Shown: positions 1-9,928, numbered from the stretch's first letter. The stretch is 64,000 nt of DNA from Pseudomonadota bacterium (GCA_043718025.1 JAYSWN010000188.1:1-64000), one strand, 5' to 3'. Program-made: numbers and translations. Notes: generated by a model from the sequence alone, not told the origin.

Positions 1-9
1 GCCTAGGGC

Positions 10-657
10 CTACGGCGCCAATCGCTCTTGAACCCAAACCCGCCCTTCGCTTCGATAAATAATGCGATCGTGCAGCCGGCCTTCACGTCCCTGCCAAAAC
101 TCAAAGTGATGCGCCTTAAGCACAAAGCCTCCCCAATATGGCGGGAGAGGAATCCTCTCTTCGTTAGCAAATTTCTTTTCTAACTCCTCAAACTTGAGTT
201 CGAGCACAGCCCGGCTTTTAAGCACCTGACTTTGCTGAGAAGCCCACGCCGCAAGCTGACTAGTGCGCGGCCGCGAATGAAAATAGTTTAATGACTCCTC
301 AGTTGAACAGCGCTCCACGACCCCCTCGACCCGAATCTGGCGATCGAGCAAAGAAAAATAGAAACACAACGAAGCACGAGGGTTTTGCTGCAGCTCTCGC
401 CCCTTACGACTTTCGAAATTGGTAAAAAAGAAGAGGCCGCGTTCATCGATTTTTCGTAAAAGAACCATCCGAACCGAGGGGGTTCCGTCGGTAGAAGCCG
501 TGGCCAAAGCCATAGCGTTAGGCTCTTTCAGCCCCGATTTATCGGCGTCACCGAGCCAAAGCTTCGCCTGCTCGATGGGGGATTGATGCAGGCTGCCGTC
601 GTCAATTTTTGAGAGGTTATAGACGGTATGGCGTTTCAATAAATCATTCGAATCCAT
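10..657 (-). CDS. pdxH: Pyridoxamine 5'-phosphate oxidase
   Basis: Motifs EPNAMALAT, PSVRMVLL, FFTNFESRKG, RQIRVEG, SRPRTSQ, PPYWGG, FEFWQGREGRLHDR, RLAP. Confidence 0.97.
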   Translation of the reverse strand: MDSNDLLKRHTVYNLSKIDDGSLHQSPIEQAKLWLGDADKSGLKEPNAMALATASTDGTPSVRMVLLRKIDERGLFFFTNFESRKGRELQQNPRASLCFYFSLLDRQIRVEGVVERCSTEESLNYFHSRPRTSQLAAWASQQSQVLKSRAVLELKFEELEKKFANEERIPLPPYWGGFVLKAHHFEFWQGREGRLHDRIIYRSEGRVWVQERLAP

Positions 658-691
658 AGATACCTCGACGGGTTTCCATTACAATTTGCCA

Positions 692-2950
692 ATGCAACAG
701 AGCAAAACGGCTAGCGGCATGAAAAACATCGGAACCTCTGCCGTGGCAGCCTTGTATCTGTTGCATTGGCCAGGAGCTTATCACAGCACTCCAGTTCGCT
801 GGACGGTTAGCGCTTTCATTTTCTTAAACCTAATGCTGTGGCTGGTGGACAATGTTATGCGTCCTCGCCAGTTCTCTTTTCTACTACCGGAGTTTTCGGC
901 CAGAATCGATGGCGAAACCGCGGCGGCTAATGAGCGACTCGTAATGGCCGCAACGCTGTTTCTCTTTGTTTGTGGTTACCTTTACCTGCGCACGCTAGGT
1001 CACAATTATTTCAATCAGGATGATAACTTTTCGCAGTTCGGCCCAGTAATCCTGCAGGGCGCCACCAGCCTCATTGAAAAAGGGGTTTTTCCCAATTGGA
1101 ATCCCTTTCAATTCATGGGGGCACCCATTGCGGAGGTGGGTACCTACGCCCTCACCTATCCCATCACCTATTTGTCGGTCGCCGTGGCCAAGTACGCCCT
1201 AAATGAGCCCGAGGCATGGGCCGACGTGTTTTTTCTAATCCACGCCGTGCCCGGACTGTTGCTCGCTTTTCGCGTGCTCCGAATTGCCACCGTGACCTCT
1301 GCCTTGTCGATGGCGGGATCTCTCGCCTTTATCTTTTGCGGATACAACCTAATCGCCGGACGTTCTTGGTTTTACATGCTCCCGCTCATGACTTCGCTGC
1401 CCATCATGGCGTGGCTGCTCTTAACCTTAGAAAAATTTTCTTCACGCCGCTGGTTGTGGACGGCGGCCTTGACCACTGGAGTTGGATTTCATTCTGGCAA
1501 TTCGCAAATGTGGTTTTATTGGGTTCTCTTTCTGGGAATGGGTATTCTCTTTCGCCTGTTTACCACCCCACAGCTGGCCGCTAAAGCTGTCATCCGACGT
1601 TCCTTATCTGCGTTCTTGATGGGTTTGGGCTTCGCGATGCCCTTGCTCCTCCCGCAATTGATATTTGTCGCCGGGGTAAAACGATTTCCGCTCGGCTTAG
1701 AACACATTGCGGATAACCTTCCGTCTCTGTTGATCCCCTTCCCCTTTATTGTTGGCAGCTTTCCCAATGGCATAGAGACGGACGACGTGCGTTTCGGCCA
1801 GATTTATTATGCGGGAACCCTATTCACATTGGTGGCCATTTTTCTTACGGCCTCTTACTACGTCGGGTGGCTCAGAAAACGCACTTTAAAAAAAGACCCG
1901 ATCATTGGCCTTTTTCTCTTTCTCGGAGCCGCGGCCTTTATTCTTTCTCTTGGTGAATTCGGCATTTTATGGAGATTATTGTCGTATTTTCCTCCGTTTA
2001 GTCTTTTCTCTCACCCGTTCAAACTGATCGTTTTCTTACACTTCTTTTGGATCGCGGCGGCCGCCCGGTATTTAAGTTCACTGCACTGGCGTCAGGCGTG
2101 GGTTTTTCCGTTAATCAGCCTCTTGCTCACCGCCTACCACTTGAGTCAATGCACCGAAGCAAAGTATTTATTCACCGAAAGGGAATATACATCCTTACCG
2201 CCCCAGCTGATTGAGAAGCTGAAACAGAATGCCGGCGGATCGCACTATTATCGTATTGATTCTAACTCTCCACTTCGCCACAAAGCTGAGGGTTACCTCT
2301 TTTCGTTGCCCCATAACTTTCCGACGGCTTACGGCATTGCGGCCACTTGGGGCTACGATCCGCTGGTAAATTACTCGGCGGCCAACCGGCCTTTATACGA
2401 ATTGTGGACCCGGGCCCGCTGCGGCGATGCCGACGCCCAAAGCCCCCCTTTTAAGATTCATAAACTGTACCTCTGCCCTCCGGGGAAGACTTTTAGCTCA
2501 GAACCACTCGAGAACCTTTTACGAGTCACCGGCGTTAGCTCACGAATCACCTTTCCGCTGAACGGCGGGGAACCCAGAGTGCGGGCGATAAAAGAGTTCG
2601 ACCCAATCGTCTTCTCGCAAAGCGACCGATCCAAACGCTTTGCGTTCTCGCTAGATTTTTCAGGCCTCACCGTAGAAAATTCAAGAGCGACGCAAACTGA
2701 ACCGATCGTGGTCAACTTCTTGTGGCGAAAACCCTTTACGGTTGCCGCCGATGGGCAGAAGCTACCTATTGAAAAAGACGAATGGGGTCGCATGGTGGTA
2801 AAACCCATCGCACCGTGGAAAACGCTTAAGTTTTCTTACCGTCCGCCTTGGGTGCCAGCAGTTGCGCTTGGAATTCTATTTTTTCTGAGCGGGCTTCTTA
2901 CCCTACGTTTTTCTGTTGCTGTTTCTAAAACATTAGAGAGTTCCCCTTGA
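692..2950 (+). CDS. Polytopic membrane protein, YfhO-like / GT-C fold glycosyltransferase candidate
   Basis: Many TM segments; first loop NQDDN followed by FPNWNPFQFMGAP; large soluble loop then C-terminal TM after FSYRPP. Start placed at ATG 692 (6 nt after TACAAT); ORF track starts at 686. Confidence 0.65.
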   Translation: MQQSKTASGMKNIGTSAVAALYLLHWPGAYHSTPVRWTVSAFIFLNLMLWLVDNVMRPRQFSFLLPEFSARIDGETAAANERLVMAATLFLFVCGYLYLRTLGHNYFNQDDNFSQFGPVILQGATSLIEKGVFPNWNPFQFMGAPIAEVGTYALTYPITYLSVAVAKYALNEPEAWADVFFLIHAVPGLLLAFRVLRIATVTSALSMAGSLAFIFCGYNLIAGRSWFYMLPLMTSLPIMAWLLLTLEKFSSRRWLWTAALTTGVGFHSGNSQMWFYWVLFLGMGILFRLFTTPQLAAKAVIRRSLSAFLMGLGFAMPLLLPQLIFVAGVKRFPLGLEHIADNLPSLLIPFPFIVGSFPNGIETDDVRFGQIYYAGTLFTLVAIFLTASYYVGWLRKRTLKKDPIIGLFLFLGAAAFILSLGEFGILWRLLSYFPPFSLFSHPFKLIVFLHFFWIAAAARYLSSLHWRQAWVFPLISLLLTAYHLSQCTEAKYLFTEREYTSLPPQLIEKLKQNAGGSHYYRIDSNSPLRHKAEGYLFSLPHNFPTAYGIAATWGYDPLVNYSAANRPLYELWTRARCGDADAQSPPFKIHKLYLCPPGKTFSSEPLENLLRVTGVSSRITFPLNGGEPRVRAIKEFDPIVFSQSDRSKRFAFSLDFSGLTVENSRATQTEPIVVNFLWRKPFTVAADGQKLPIEKDEWGRMVVKPIAPWKTLKFSYRPPWVPAVALGILFFLSGLLTLRFSVAVSKTLESSP

Positions 2951-3744
2951 AAAAAAGCTACCTGCGCTACTACGCCAAGCCCCAAGCCTCGGCTCCGCTT
3001 GTTTTTTTTAAAGATGCCTTTTTCGCGAAATCGAAATGGGAGCGGTTTGCTGGTCTGAACCGACAAAAAGACTACTTGTGGCTGCAAGAAAATTTGGAGC
3101 TCATGCCGCTGCACGAAAGACTCAACACTCTATTGTGGGAGGCAAAAGTAAACTGGGAGAGTCTTGATTACGGTTACGGCTACTTTTACCAAAGTCTCGC
3201 CAAAATTGGCGTTACCGGATTCCGAAACACGGAGAAGCGGGTACAGTTGATGAACCTACCTACGCGGCTCAAAGAGCTGCGAGTTCTAGAAATTGGCTGC
3301 AATAGCGGGTTCTTATCGGCCGAAATTTCTTCGGCGGTGAGCTCGGTAACCGCCTTCGACGTTAACCCCTACCTCATTAAGATTGCAGAAGAAACATCGC
3401 GTCATCTGGGAATTGCCAATACTCGGTTTAAAACTTCGTCGTTCGAAGATTGGCCCACCGCGCAGAAGTACGACGCAGTGCTTTCGTTCGCCAATCACAG
3501 CACGCACGATCAAAATACCAAGCAAAGTCGGGGTGAATTTTTTACGAAGTGTGCGAAACTATTAGATGTAGGCGGAATTCTTCTTTTTGAATCTCATCCG
3601 CCCGAAATAGAACCACCCTTTGCGCTGGCGGAAAGCTTAGAGCACATCAGTAAGCACTTCCACATTGAGGAACAAAAAGTGAACTCTTACGGTCCAGGCT
3701 TAGACGCCGGACGCACGTTTGTCGCCGCGCGTAAGACACCTTAA
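2947..3744 (+). CDS. Class I SAM-dependent methyltransferase
   Basis: Motif I VLEIGCNSGFLS, AFDVN, YDAVLSF, LDVGGILLFES; TTGA overlap with upstream gene. Confidence 0.88.
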   Translation: MKKSYLRYYAKPQASAPLVFFKDAFFAKSKWERFAGLNRQKDYLWLQENLELMPLHERLNTLLWEAKVNWESLDYGYGYFYQSLAKIGVTGFRNTEKRVQLMNLPTRLKELRVLEIGCNSGFLSAEISSAVSSVTAFDVNPYLIKIAEETSRHLGIANTRFKTSSFEDWPTAQKYDAVLSFANHSTHDQNTKQSRGEFFTKCAKLLDVGGILLFESHPPEIEPPFALAESLEHISKHFHIEEQKVNSYGPGLDAGRTFVAARKTP

Positions 3745-3816
3745 AAAAAGTATCTCCTCGGCTATCAAGTTACCGCCGCAAGCTACCGAAAAGATTGGGA
3801 CTATTTTTAAATTCCC

Positions 3817-6800
3817 ATGCCCTCTAAAACTAATCAAAAACATCACGTGATCATTTTGGGTGCGGGCAGAAGTGTGCGCGGCAACGTGCCTTCCGTGGTG
3901 CGGGTAATGGATTGGTTAGTGACGGCCTTCCAAACTTTGCCCCGGGCCCGTTTCTCATTGGTATCGGGATTCAATGCGAATTTCCTCATAGAGCAATTTC
4001 CCGATGCCGAAATTTTTTTCAATCCCCAATGGGAAAGCACCGGACCGGTATTTTCGCTCTCGCTGGTGCCGTTGGAAATTAAGTCGCCCACTTACATTTC
4101 TTATGCCGACATCGTCTTTAGACCGAGCTTGGTGCAACAGATGGAAAACCAAACTACGGACGTGGTGCTGGCGGTCGATTCTCGCTGGCGAAATCGGTAC
4201 CAGGGCCGTGCGACATCGGCATTACTAAAGGCAGAACGAATTAGTTTCAAGCGCAAGGGGTCGCCCTTTTTAGATCCTAACTCTGCTCCCGACGAGGCCG
4301 ATGCAGAATTCACCGGGTTGGTCCGCTTTTCGCCGAAAGCCGTAGCCCGGATAAAGAATCTTTTAAAATTAAAAACTAGCTCGCTGTCGACTACTCTGCC
4401 GCAACTCATCGACCAACTTATTCTTAGTGGCTTGAGCTGGAGCACAGTAGATAGCCAAGGTGACTGGGCCGCTCTCGATGCCGCCCAGGATCTCGCGCGA
4501 TTTGTTTTGGGAACTAAAGCCGAATCGCTCCAGCGACTTAAGCCTTTGGTACGTGCCTCACTCATACCCGAGTCAGTTAGCTTCACCGCTAAAGACTGGA
4601 AAAAAAACCCCACTAAGGTCGTCAAAGAAATTCGAAGTGCATTCTCGTTTGGTAACTTAATCGTACGCAGCAGCGCCCTCAATGAAGACAGTTGGAAACA
4701 ATCATTGGCGGGTAAGAACCTTAGCGTCGCCTCGGTACCGAGCCGAGACACAGGCAAAATTGAAAAAGCGATCGAATTAGTTTTAGCTTCGTACGATGAT
4801 CTAGCCCTTGATGACCAAGTTCTGGTACAGCCAATGTTGGAAAACGTTCGCTGTAGCGGAGTCGTGCTGACGCGGGCGCAGGACGGCCGGGCCCCCTACT
4901 ATGTGATCAGTTACGACGACACCACCGCTAGTACCAGCAGCGTAACCTCGGGTAACGGCGCCCACATAAAAACGCTTTATCTCCTACGCGACACCAGGTT
5001 TTCCGACGATTTTCCAAAGCCCCTTTGCGATGTCATTGAAGGGGTCAAAGAGATTGAGAATCTGGTCGGCCACGATTCACTGGACATTGAGTTTGCCATC
5101 ACCGACGACGAACGGTTATGGCTACTTCAGGTCCGTCCGCTTACGGCGGGTAAAGAGATTCGCTCACTCGAAGACAATCAAATACGCGGCGCTATCAATT
5201 TGGCGTCGCGATGGTTTAGTGGCTACCAGACAGCGCACCCCTCGTTGCTAGGAAAAAAAACCATTCTCAACGTGATGTCGGACTGGAATCCAGCCGAGAT
5301 CATTGGCACCAAACCAAAGCCACTTGCCTTTAGTCTTTATCGCCACGTCATCACCGACGAAACTTGGGCCACTCAACGGGCTGAGTTCGGCTACCGTGAC
5401 GTGCGACCGTGCCCGCTGATTGTCAGTGTGCTTGGTCACCCTTACGTCGATGTACGCGCCACTTTCAATTCGTTTGTTCCAGCCGCACTTTCGCAACAAC
5501 TGTCTCAAAAACTCGTTGAACACTACCTCCTGCACTTGCGTGTCGAACCGGAGCTTTACGACAAAGTGGAGTTTGAAATTCTTTTCACCTGTTTGGCGTT
5601 TGATTTTGATCATACTTCAAAGCGCCTCACCGATTCCGGCTTTACCGTGCAGGAAACAACGCAGTTTCGTGCGGCGCTTCGCGATTTGACCGAAAAAGGA
5701 ATTACCCGTTGTGCCAGTGACTTCGCGGCAATACCGGAGCTCGCGGCCCGCCAGGCTCGCGCACGCGACTCTGCCCTGCCGCCTTTGGCGATGGCTTTTT
5801 TACTGCTCGAAGACATTCGACGTTTGAGTGCGCTAAATTTTGCGCACCTCGCGCGCCAAGGTTTCATTGCCATGACTCTCTTGCGGTCGCTTGAAAAAGT
5901 TGAGGCCATCACCGCTAACGAGAAAGAGGCATTTTTAGCCTCCCTGATTACGGTCTCCGGCCAAATGAGAACTGACGCCTGGCTGGTGAAAGAGTCAAAA
6001 AAGACTCGCGCTGAGTTCATCGCCACCTACGGCCATTTAAGGCCGGGAACTTACGACATCACTTCCAGCCGTTACGATGTCGACCCTAGCCGTTTTCTCG
6101 AACCGTTAGTTGAGGAGGCAGTCGCCCCGTCGACCATCGAAACCTTTGTTTGGAATGCAAAAACCGCTGATAAAATCGCAATGGCCTTAGAAAAGGCGCG
6201 CCTGCCCTTTACTCCGCAGTTTCTTGCTAACTATTTCAAACAGGCCATTGAAGGACGAGAACTCAGCAAGTTTCAATTCACTAAGGGCCTGAGCGACGCC
6301 CTAGAAATGATTGCCCAATGGGGACAAAGTTTGGGGTTTTCTCGTGAAGAGTTAAGCCACGTTTCAATCTCTCAACTGCTGAGCTTGCGCGAACCCATAT
6401 CTGCCCAACCCGCAGAGGTGGTCAAAGCTATGTTAACGAGAGGCCGAGCGAAACAGGAACTGCTTCATTCGCTCTGCCTTCCGACCCAAATCTTTTCGAA
6501 CGATGACTTTTTTGGCCACAAGCAAATGACGGCAGAGGCCAATTTCATTACCCGGCAACGTGTTTGCGCAAACGGGGTGCACTACGAAAGACTTGGCGAA
6601 GCCCAACAAGATTTGCGCGGCCATATCATTCTGATTCCAAGTGCCGATCCTGGCTACGACTGGATCTTGGGTCAGGGCATTTCTGGGCTGATCACCATGT
6701 ACGGCGGCACCAACTCGCACATGGCGATTCGCGCGGCCGAGTGCCGTCTGCCCGCCGCCATTGGCGTCGGTGAGGTACTGTTTTTAGAGCTGACTCACGC

Positions 6801-6882
6801 TAGGCTTATCGATCTGGACTGCGCTAATCGGCGGGTTGCGGCGGTAAGCACCGAAACTACCAAACAAAAGAAAGCGGCTTAA
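3817..6882 (+). CDS. Fusion: N-terminal nucleotidyltransferase-like domain + L-glutamine kinase (Cj1418-like; PPDK-type ATP-grasp, central domain, phosphohistidine domain)
   Basis: N-term IILGAG, FNPQW, YADIVF; ATP-grasp LIVRSSALNED, LAG, VLVQPM, SGVVLTR, LDIEFA, LLQVRPL; MSDWNPAEIIG; YGHLRPGTYDI; C-term ADPGYDWI and YGGTNSHMAIRA (phospho-His); neighbours match Cj1416/Cj1417. Confidence 0.85.
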   Translation: MPSKTNQKHHVIILGAGRSVRGNVPSVVRVMDWLVTAFQTLPRARFSLVSGFNANFLIEQFPDAEIFFNPQWESTGPVFSLSLVPLEIKSPTYISYADIVFRPSLVQQMENQTTDVVLAVDSRWRNRYQGRATSALLKAERISFKRKGSPFLDPNSAPDEADAEFTGLVRFSPKAVARIKNLLKLKTSSLSTTLPQLIDQLILSGLSWSTVDSQGDWAALDAAQDLARFVLGTKAESLQRLKPLVRASLIPESVSFTAKDWKKNPTKVVKEIRSAFSFGNLIVRSSALNEDSWKQSLAGKNLSVASVPSRDTGKIEKAIELVLASYDDLALDDQVLVQPMLENVRCSGVVLTRAQDGRAPYYVISYDDTTASTSSVTSGNGAHIKTLYLLRDTRFSDDFPKPLCDVIEGVKEIENLVGHDSLDIEFAITDDERLWLLQVRPLTAGKEIRSLEDNQIRGAINLASRWFSGYQTAHPSLLGKKTILNVMSDWNPAEIIGTKPKPLAFSLYRHVITDETWATQRAEFGYRDVRPCPLIVSVLGHPYVDVRATFNSFVPAALSQQLSQKLVEHYLLHLRVEPELYDKVEFEILFTCLAFDFDHTSKRLTDSGFTVQETTQFRAALRDLTEKGITRCASDFAAIPELAARQARARDSALPPLAMAFLLLEDIRRLSALNFAHLARQGFIAMTLLRSLEKVEAITANEKEAFLASLITVSGQMRTDAWLVKESKKTRAEFIATYGHLRPGTYDITSSRYDVDPSRFLEPLVEEAVAPSTIETFVWNAKTADKIAMALEKARLPFTPQFLANYFKQAIEGRELSKFQFTKGLSDALEMIAQWGQSLGFSREELSHVSISQLLSLREPISAQPAEVVKAMLTRGRAKQELLHSLCLPTQIFSNDDFFGHKQMTAEANFITRQRVCANGVHYERLGEAQQDLRGHIILIPSADPGYDWILGQGISGLITMYGGTNSHMAIRAAECRLPAAIGVGEVLFLELTHARLIDLDCANRRVAAVSTETTKQKKAA

Positions 6883-6887
6883 ACAAG

Positions 6888-7517
6888 ATGAAATTGGGCA
6901 TTACCCAAAGGGTGGACTCCAGCACGGCGGAAAGACGCGATTGCCTAGCGCAAGAGTGGAACCGGCTTCTCTCCTCGCTGGGTCATATCGCCATTGCGCT
7001 TCCTAACCGCGCCGGACTGGCACGCCAATGGGTTAGCGAACTAGGCCTTGAGGGAATCATTTTGAGCGGCGGCAACGACGTGCCTTCCGCACCCGGCGCA
7101 AAAGATTTAGTTCCCGAGCGCGATGCGCTGGAGGGTGAACTGATCGAATTGTGCGTAGAGCAGGCATTGCCCCTGCTTGGCGTCTGCCGCGGCATGCAGA
7201 TGCTGCTTTCCCATTTTGAAATAAAACCGCGCCCGGTGCAAAAACACATCGGCACTACGCACGCACTGATTTCGGTGTCTGATCTTCCTGGCTTTAACGA
7301 AGGTGAGTTAGTGAATAGCTTTCATCAGTACGGTTTTGCCGTAGACCAAATCGTCGCCCCTTGGAAGGTCCTGGCCACGGCTACCGACAAAACCGTCGAG
7401 GCCGTCAAGCACGAAGCTCTGCCGCTGTGGGGTATTCTGTGGCACCCTGAGCGTAGTCCCGACATTTTACCAAATAGGACTCTGCTCAATGCAATTTTCA
7501 CACGGAGTCAGAAATGA
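6888..7517 (+). CDS. Class I glutamine amidotransferase-like (peptidase C26) protein, probable gamma-glutamyl-CDP-amidate hydrolase (Cj1417-like)
   Basis: GITQRVD, ERRDCL, ILSGGND, LGVCRGMQ (Cys nucleophile), VNSFH, WHPER (His-Glu); gene context. Confidence 0.85.
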   Translation: MKLGITQRVDSSTAERRDCLAQEWNRLLSSLGHIAIALPNRAGLARQWVSELGLEGIILSGGNDVPSAPGAKDLVPERDALEGELIELCVEQALPLLGVCRGMQMLLSHFEIKPRPVQKHIGTTHALISVSDLPGFNEGELVNSFHQYGFAVDQIVAPWKVLATATDKTVEAVKHEALPLWGILWHPERSPDILPNRTLLNAIFTRSQK

Positions 7518-8293
7518 AAGCAGTTATTTTGGCGGCCGGGCAAGGCACACGTTTGTATCCTTTGACGGCCGAAAAACCTAAATGCCTGGTTGAACTCTGT
7601 GGAAAACCGTTGCTCGAACACCAACTGGCGGCACTGGGCACCGCCGGCATTACTGACGTAGCCATCGTATCGGGGTACAAAGCCGAACTTTTAGAAAAGT
7701 ACCCGCTGACTCATTTCTACAATAAGGCCTACGCCATTACCAACATGGTCGCCTCGTTAATGACTGCCCGCGCTCTCTTCGACGGCGAAGACGATGTTTT
7801 AGTGATTTATGGCGACGTGGTTTTCGAACAAGCCGCGATTCACGCGCTACTAAAACCAACGTACCCAGTCTGCGTGGCAATCAACACGCAATGGCTTTCG
7901 CTATGGAAAACCCGCATGGCCGATCCGTTAAGCGACGCCGAAACGCTCAAGGTGAATGCCCAAGGCTTTATTACCGAGCTTGGTCGCAAAGCCAAAAACC
8001 TCGGTGAAATTCAAGGCCAGTACATGGGCCTATTCTCAATTGCCGCTTCGTCAGCTAAGCAGTTCGTGAAAGAGTTTGATGCCCTAACCCCTTCCAGTCT
8101 GGTTGAGGGTCGGCCTAAGAACCAAATGTTTATGACCGGTTTTTTACAACGGCTGATTGAACAAGGCTGGAAAATGAGAGGCTGCCCGGTGCCGGGCGGC
8201 TGGCTAGAGGTCGACACGGTTGAAGACCTACGTGGCTATGAAGCCTTAGCCAAAACCGGAAAACTTGAAAAATTTTGGAGCTCCAACCGGTGA
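7514..8293 (+). CDS. LicC/phosphocholine cytidylyltransferase-family enzyme, probable CTP:phosphoglutamine cytidylyltransferase (Cj1416-like)
   Basis: ILAAGQGTRLYPLTAEKPKCL, TNMVASL, YGDVVF, DPLSDAETL, WLEVDTVEDL; ATGA overlap. Confidence 0.85.
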   Translation: MKAVILAAGQGTRLYPLTAEKPKCLVELCGKPLLEHQLAALGTAGITDVAIVSGYKAELLEKYPLTHFYNKAYAITNMVASLMTARALFDGEDDVLVIYGDVVFEQAAIHALLKPTYPVCVAINTQWLSLWKTRMADPLSDAETLKVNAQGFITELGRKAKNLGEIQGQYMGLFSIAASSAKQFVKEFDALTPSSLVEGRPKNQMFMTGFLQRLIEQGWKMRGCPVPGGWLEVDTVEDLRGYEALAKTGKLEKFWSSNR

Positions 8294-9465
8294 AAACCGT
8301 CACCAACTTTTTCCGCGCGCTTTCAGAAGTGCGACGATTCAATTCTCTGCCGCTTGAGCAACGCGAATTCGTTTTCTACGCAGAAGATGCCGGAAGTTAC
8401 GCTCACTTCTCCGAGATGCTTCAGAAACTGACCGGTGAGTTCGGAAAGACCGCGTGTTACCTCACCTCAAGCAGTTCCGATCCGATTTTGTCTTCGCCAC
8501 CCGCCGGCGTCCGCCCCTTTTTCATTGGCCATGGCATCGTCCGCACCTACCTTTTTCAAACCCTAAGGGCGGGTGTGATGGTGATGACCATGCCCGATCT
8601 CGAAACTTTTCATCTCAAACGATCTCGCTACCACCCAGTGAAATATGCATACGTCTTTCACTCGATGGTTAGCACTCACGCGATCTACCGGGAAACCGCG
8701 TTCGATCACTTCGACGCGATCTTCTGCGTTGGTGACCACCACATTATTGAAATCAAAAAACGAGAAGCACTTTTTTCGCTACCGGCCAAACAGCTGTGTC
8801 AATTGGGTTACGGCAGACTCGACAGCTTGCAAAGGCAAGCCAAGGGCGAAGCTAGGCCAGCAAATGATCCCTTAAGGATAACCATTGCTCCCTCGTGGGG
8901 CCCCGATGGCCTATTGGAAAATCACGCCGAAGTAATTGTAGAAAAACTATTGGATTATGGATTTGGAGTAACGTTGCGTCCGCACCCCCGCACCCTGCGC
9001 AGCCATCGAAGTACTATTGAAAGCTTAGCGGCAAAACACTCCGCCAATCCCTGTTTCAAGCTCGACGTTAGTTCGCATAGCGATCAAACCTTTCGAACGA
9101 CCGATGTGCTCGTCTCGGATTGGTCGGGCGCGGCGTTTGAGTTTGCCTTTGCCTTCGAACGGCCCGTACTTTTTGTAGAGGTGCCGCAAAAAATTAACAA
9201 CCCCAACTTTGCAAAACTCGACCTAGAGCCAATTGAAAAAAAACTACGCCACCAGCTCGGAACGGTATTGGCGCTCGGCGAACTCCCTCACCTCGGGGCG
9301 ACAATCGCAAAGTTGCACGCCGGTGCGGAAGAGTTTCAGAAAGGCCTTCGGAAGGTTAGGGCCAAAACCGTGTATAATTTAGGTAGCAGTGGACGGGCCG
9401 GGGCCCAATACCTTGTCGAGATGTCCGCAACTTCACTCTCAAAGCGCCAAGCTCATGCAAAATGA
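8290..9465 (+). CDS. CDP-glycerol:glycerophosphate transferase (TagB/TagF) family protein
   Basis: YVFHS, GYGRLD, IAPSW, LRPHPR, DVLVSDWSGAAFEFAF, RPVLF; start set at GTGA overlap 8290 (ORF track 8275). Confidence 0.8.
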   Translation: MKTVTNFFRALSEVRRFNSLPLEQREFVFYAEDAGSYAHFSEMLQKLTGEFGKTACYLTSSSSDPILSSPPAGVRPFFIGHGIVRTYLFQTLRAGVMVMTMPDLETFHLKRSRYHPVKYAYVFHSMVSTHAIYRETAFDHFDAIFCVGDHHIIEIKKREALFSLPAKQLCQLGYGRLDSLQRQAKGEARPANDPLRITIAPSWGPDGLLENHAEVIVEKLLDYGFGVTLRPHPRTLRSHRSTIESLAAKHSANPCFKLDVSSHSDQTFRTTDVLVSDWSGAAFEFAFAFERPVLFVEVPQKINNPNFAKLDLEPIEKKLRHQLGTVLALGELPHLGATIAKLHAGAEEFQKGLRKVRAKTVYNLGSSGRAGAQYLVEMSATSLSKRQAHAK

Positions 9466-9928
9466 AACAATTTCGGCCAACATCCCAAGCCGCTACCTAT
9501 TGCAAAAGGTGACTGAACAATTGCCGTGTGAGCCTTCGGGTACTGACTGGGCCAACCCCGTCTGCATTGCCAAAACCGCTCGCCACTTGGCCGAAAAAAC
9601 CCGCGAAGAAGATCCGTCGAGCTTTGCCGTGGCCGATCGCTTTTGCCGCCTGCTGTCACTTCACCGCACCCTACATAGTGCGTATGACGAGCAATGGAAA
9701 AAAACGGGCCGGGCCGAGTTAAACGAAGCCGAAGCGTGGCGCGTCTTGGTGGCGAGCCTACTCTCCTTATCCCTTAAGGGCGCCCGAATAAATAAAGGGC
9801 GTTCGCTCAAATACCTAAATGCCACCTTCACCGCCCTCGATGCGTGGGAACGCGTGATTCCCGACACCGAAACGCAACGAGAAATGGCGGCGCTCGCCGA
9901 TGAAGTATGGGAACAGGTTATCTCGTGA
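9455..9928 (+). CDS. Hypothetical helical protein, coupled to downstream formyltransferase
   Basis: ATG 9455 overlaps end of upstream gene; stop overlaps next start; no motif recognised with confidence. Confidence 0.65.
   Translation: MQNETISANIPSRYLLQKVTEQLPCEPSGTDWANPVCIAKTARHLAEKTREEDPSSFAVADRFCRLLSLHRTLHSAYDEQWKKTGRAELNEAEAWRVLVASLLSLSLKGARINKGRSLKYLNATFTALDAWERVIPDTETQREMAALADEVWEQVIS

Noticed and set aside
3817..6882. PEP synthase / pyruvate phosphate dikinase call
   Set aside because: The His domain is C-terminal and there is no PEP-binding TIM barrel; MSDWNPAEIIG and the neighbours fit the Cj1418 type
3817..9465. Phosphonate biosynthesis cluster
   Set aside because: No PEP mutase (EDK-X5-NS) or phosphonopyruvate decarboxylase seen in the window
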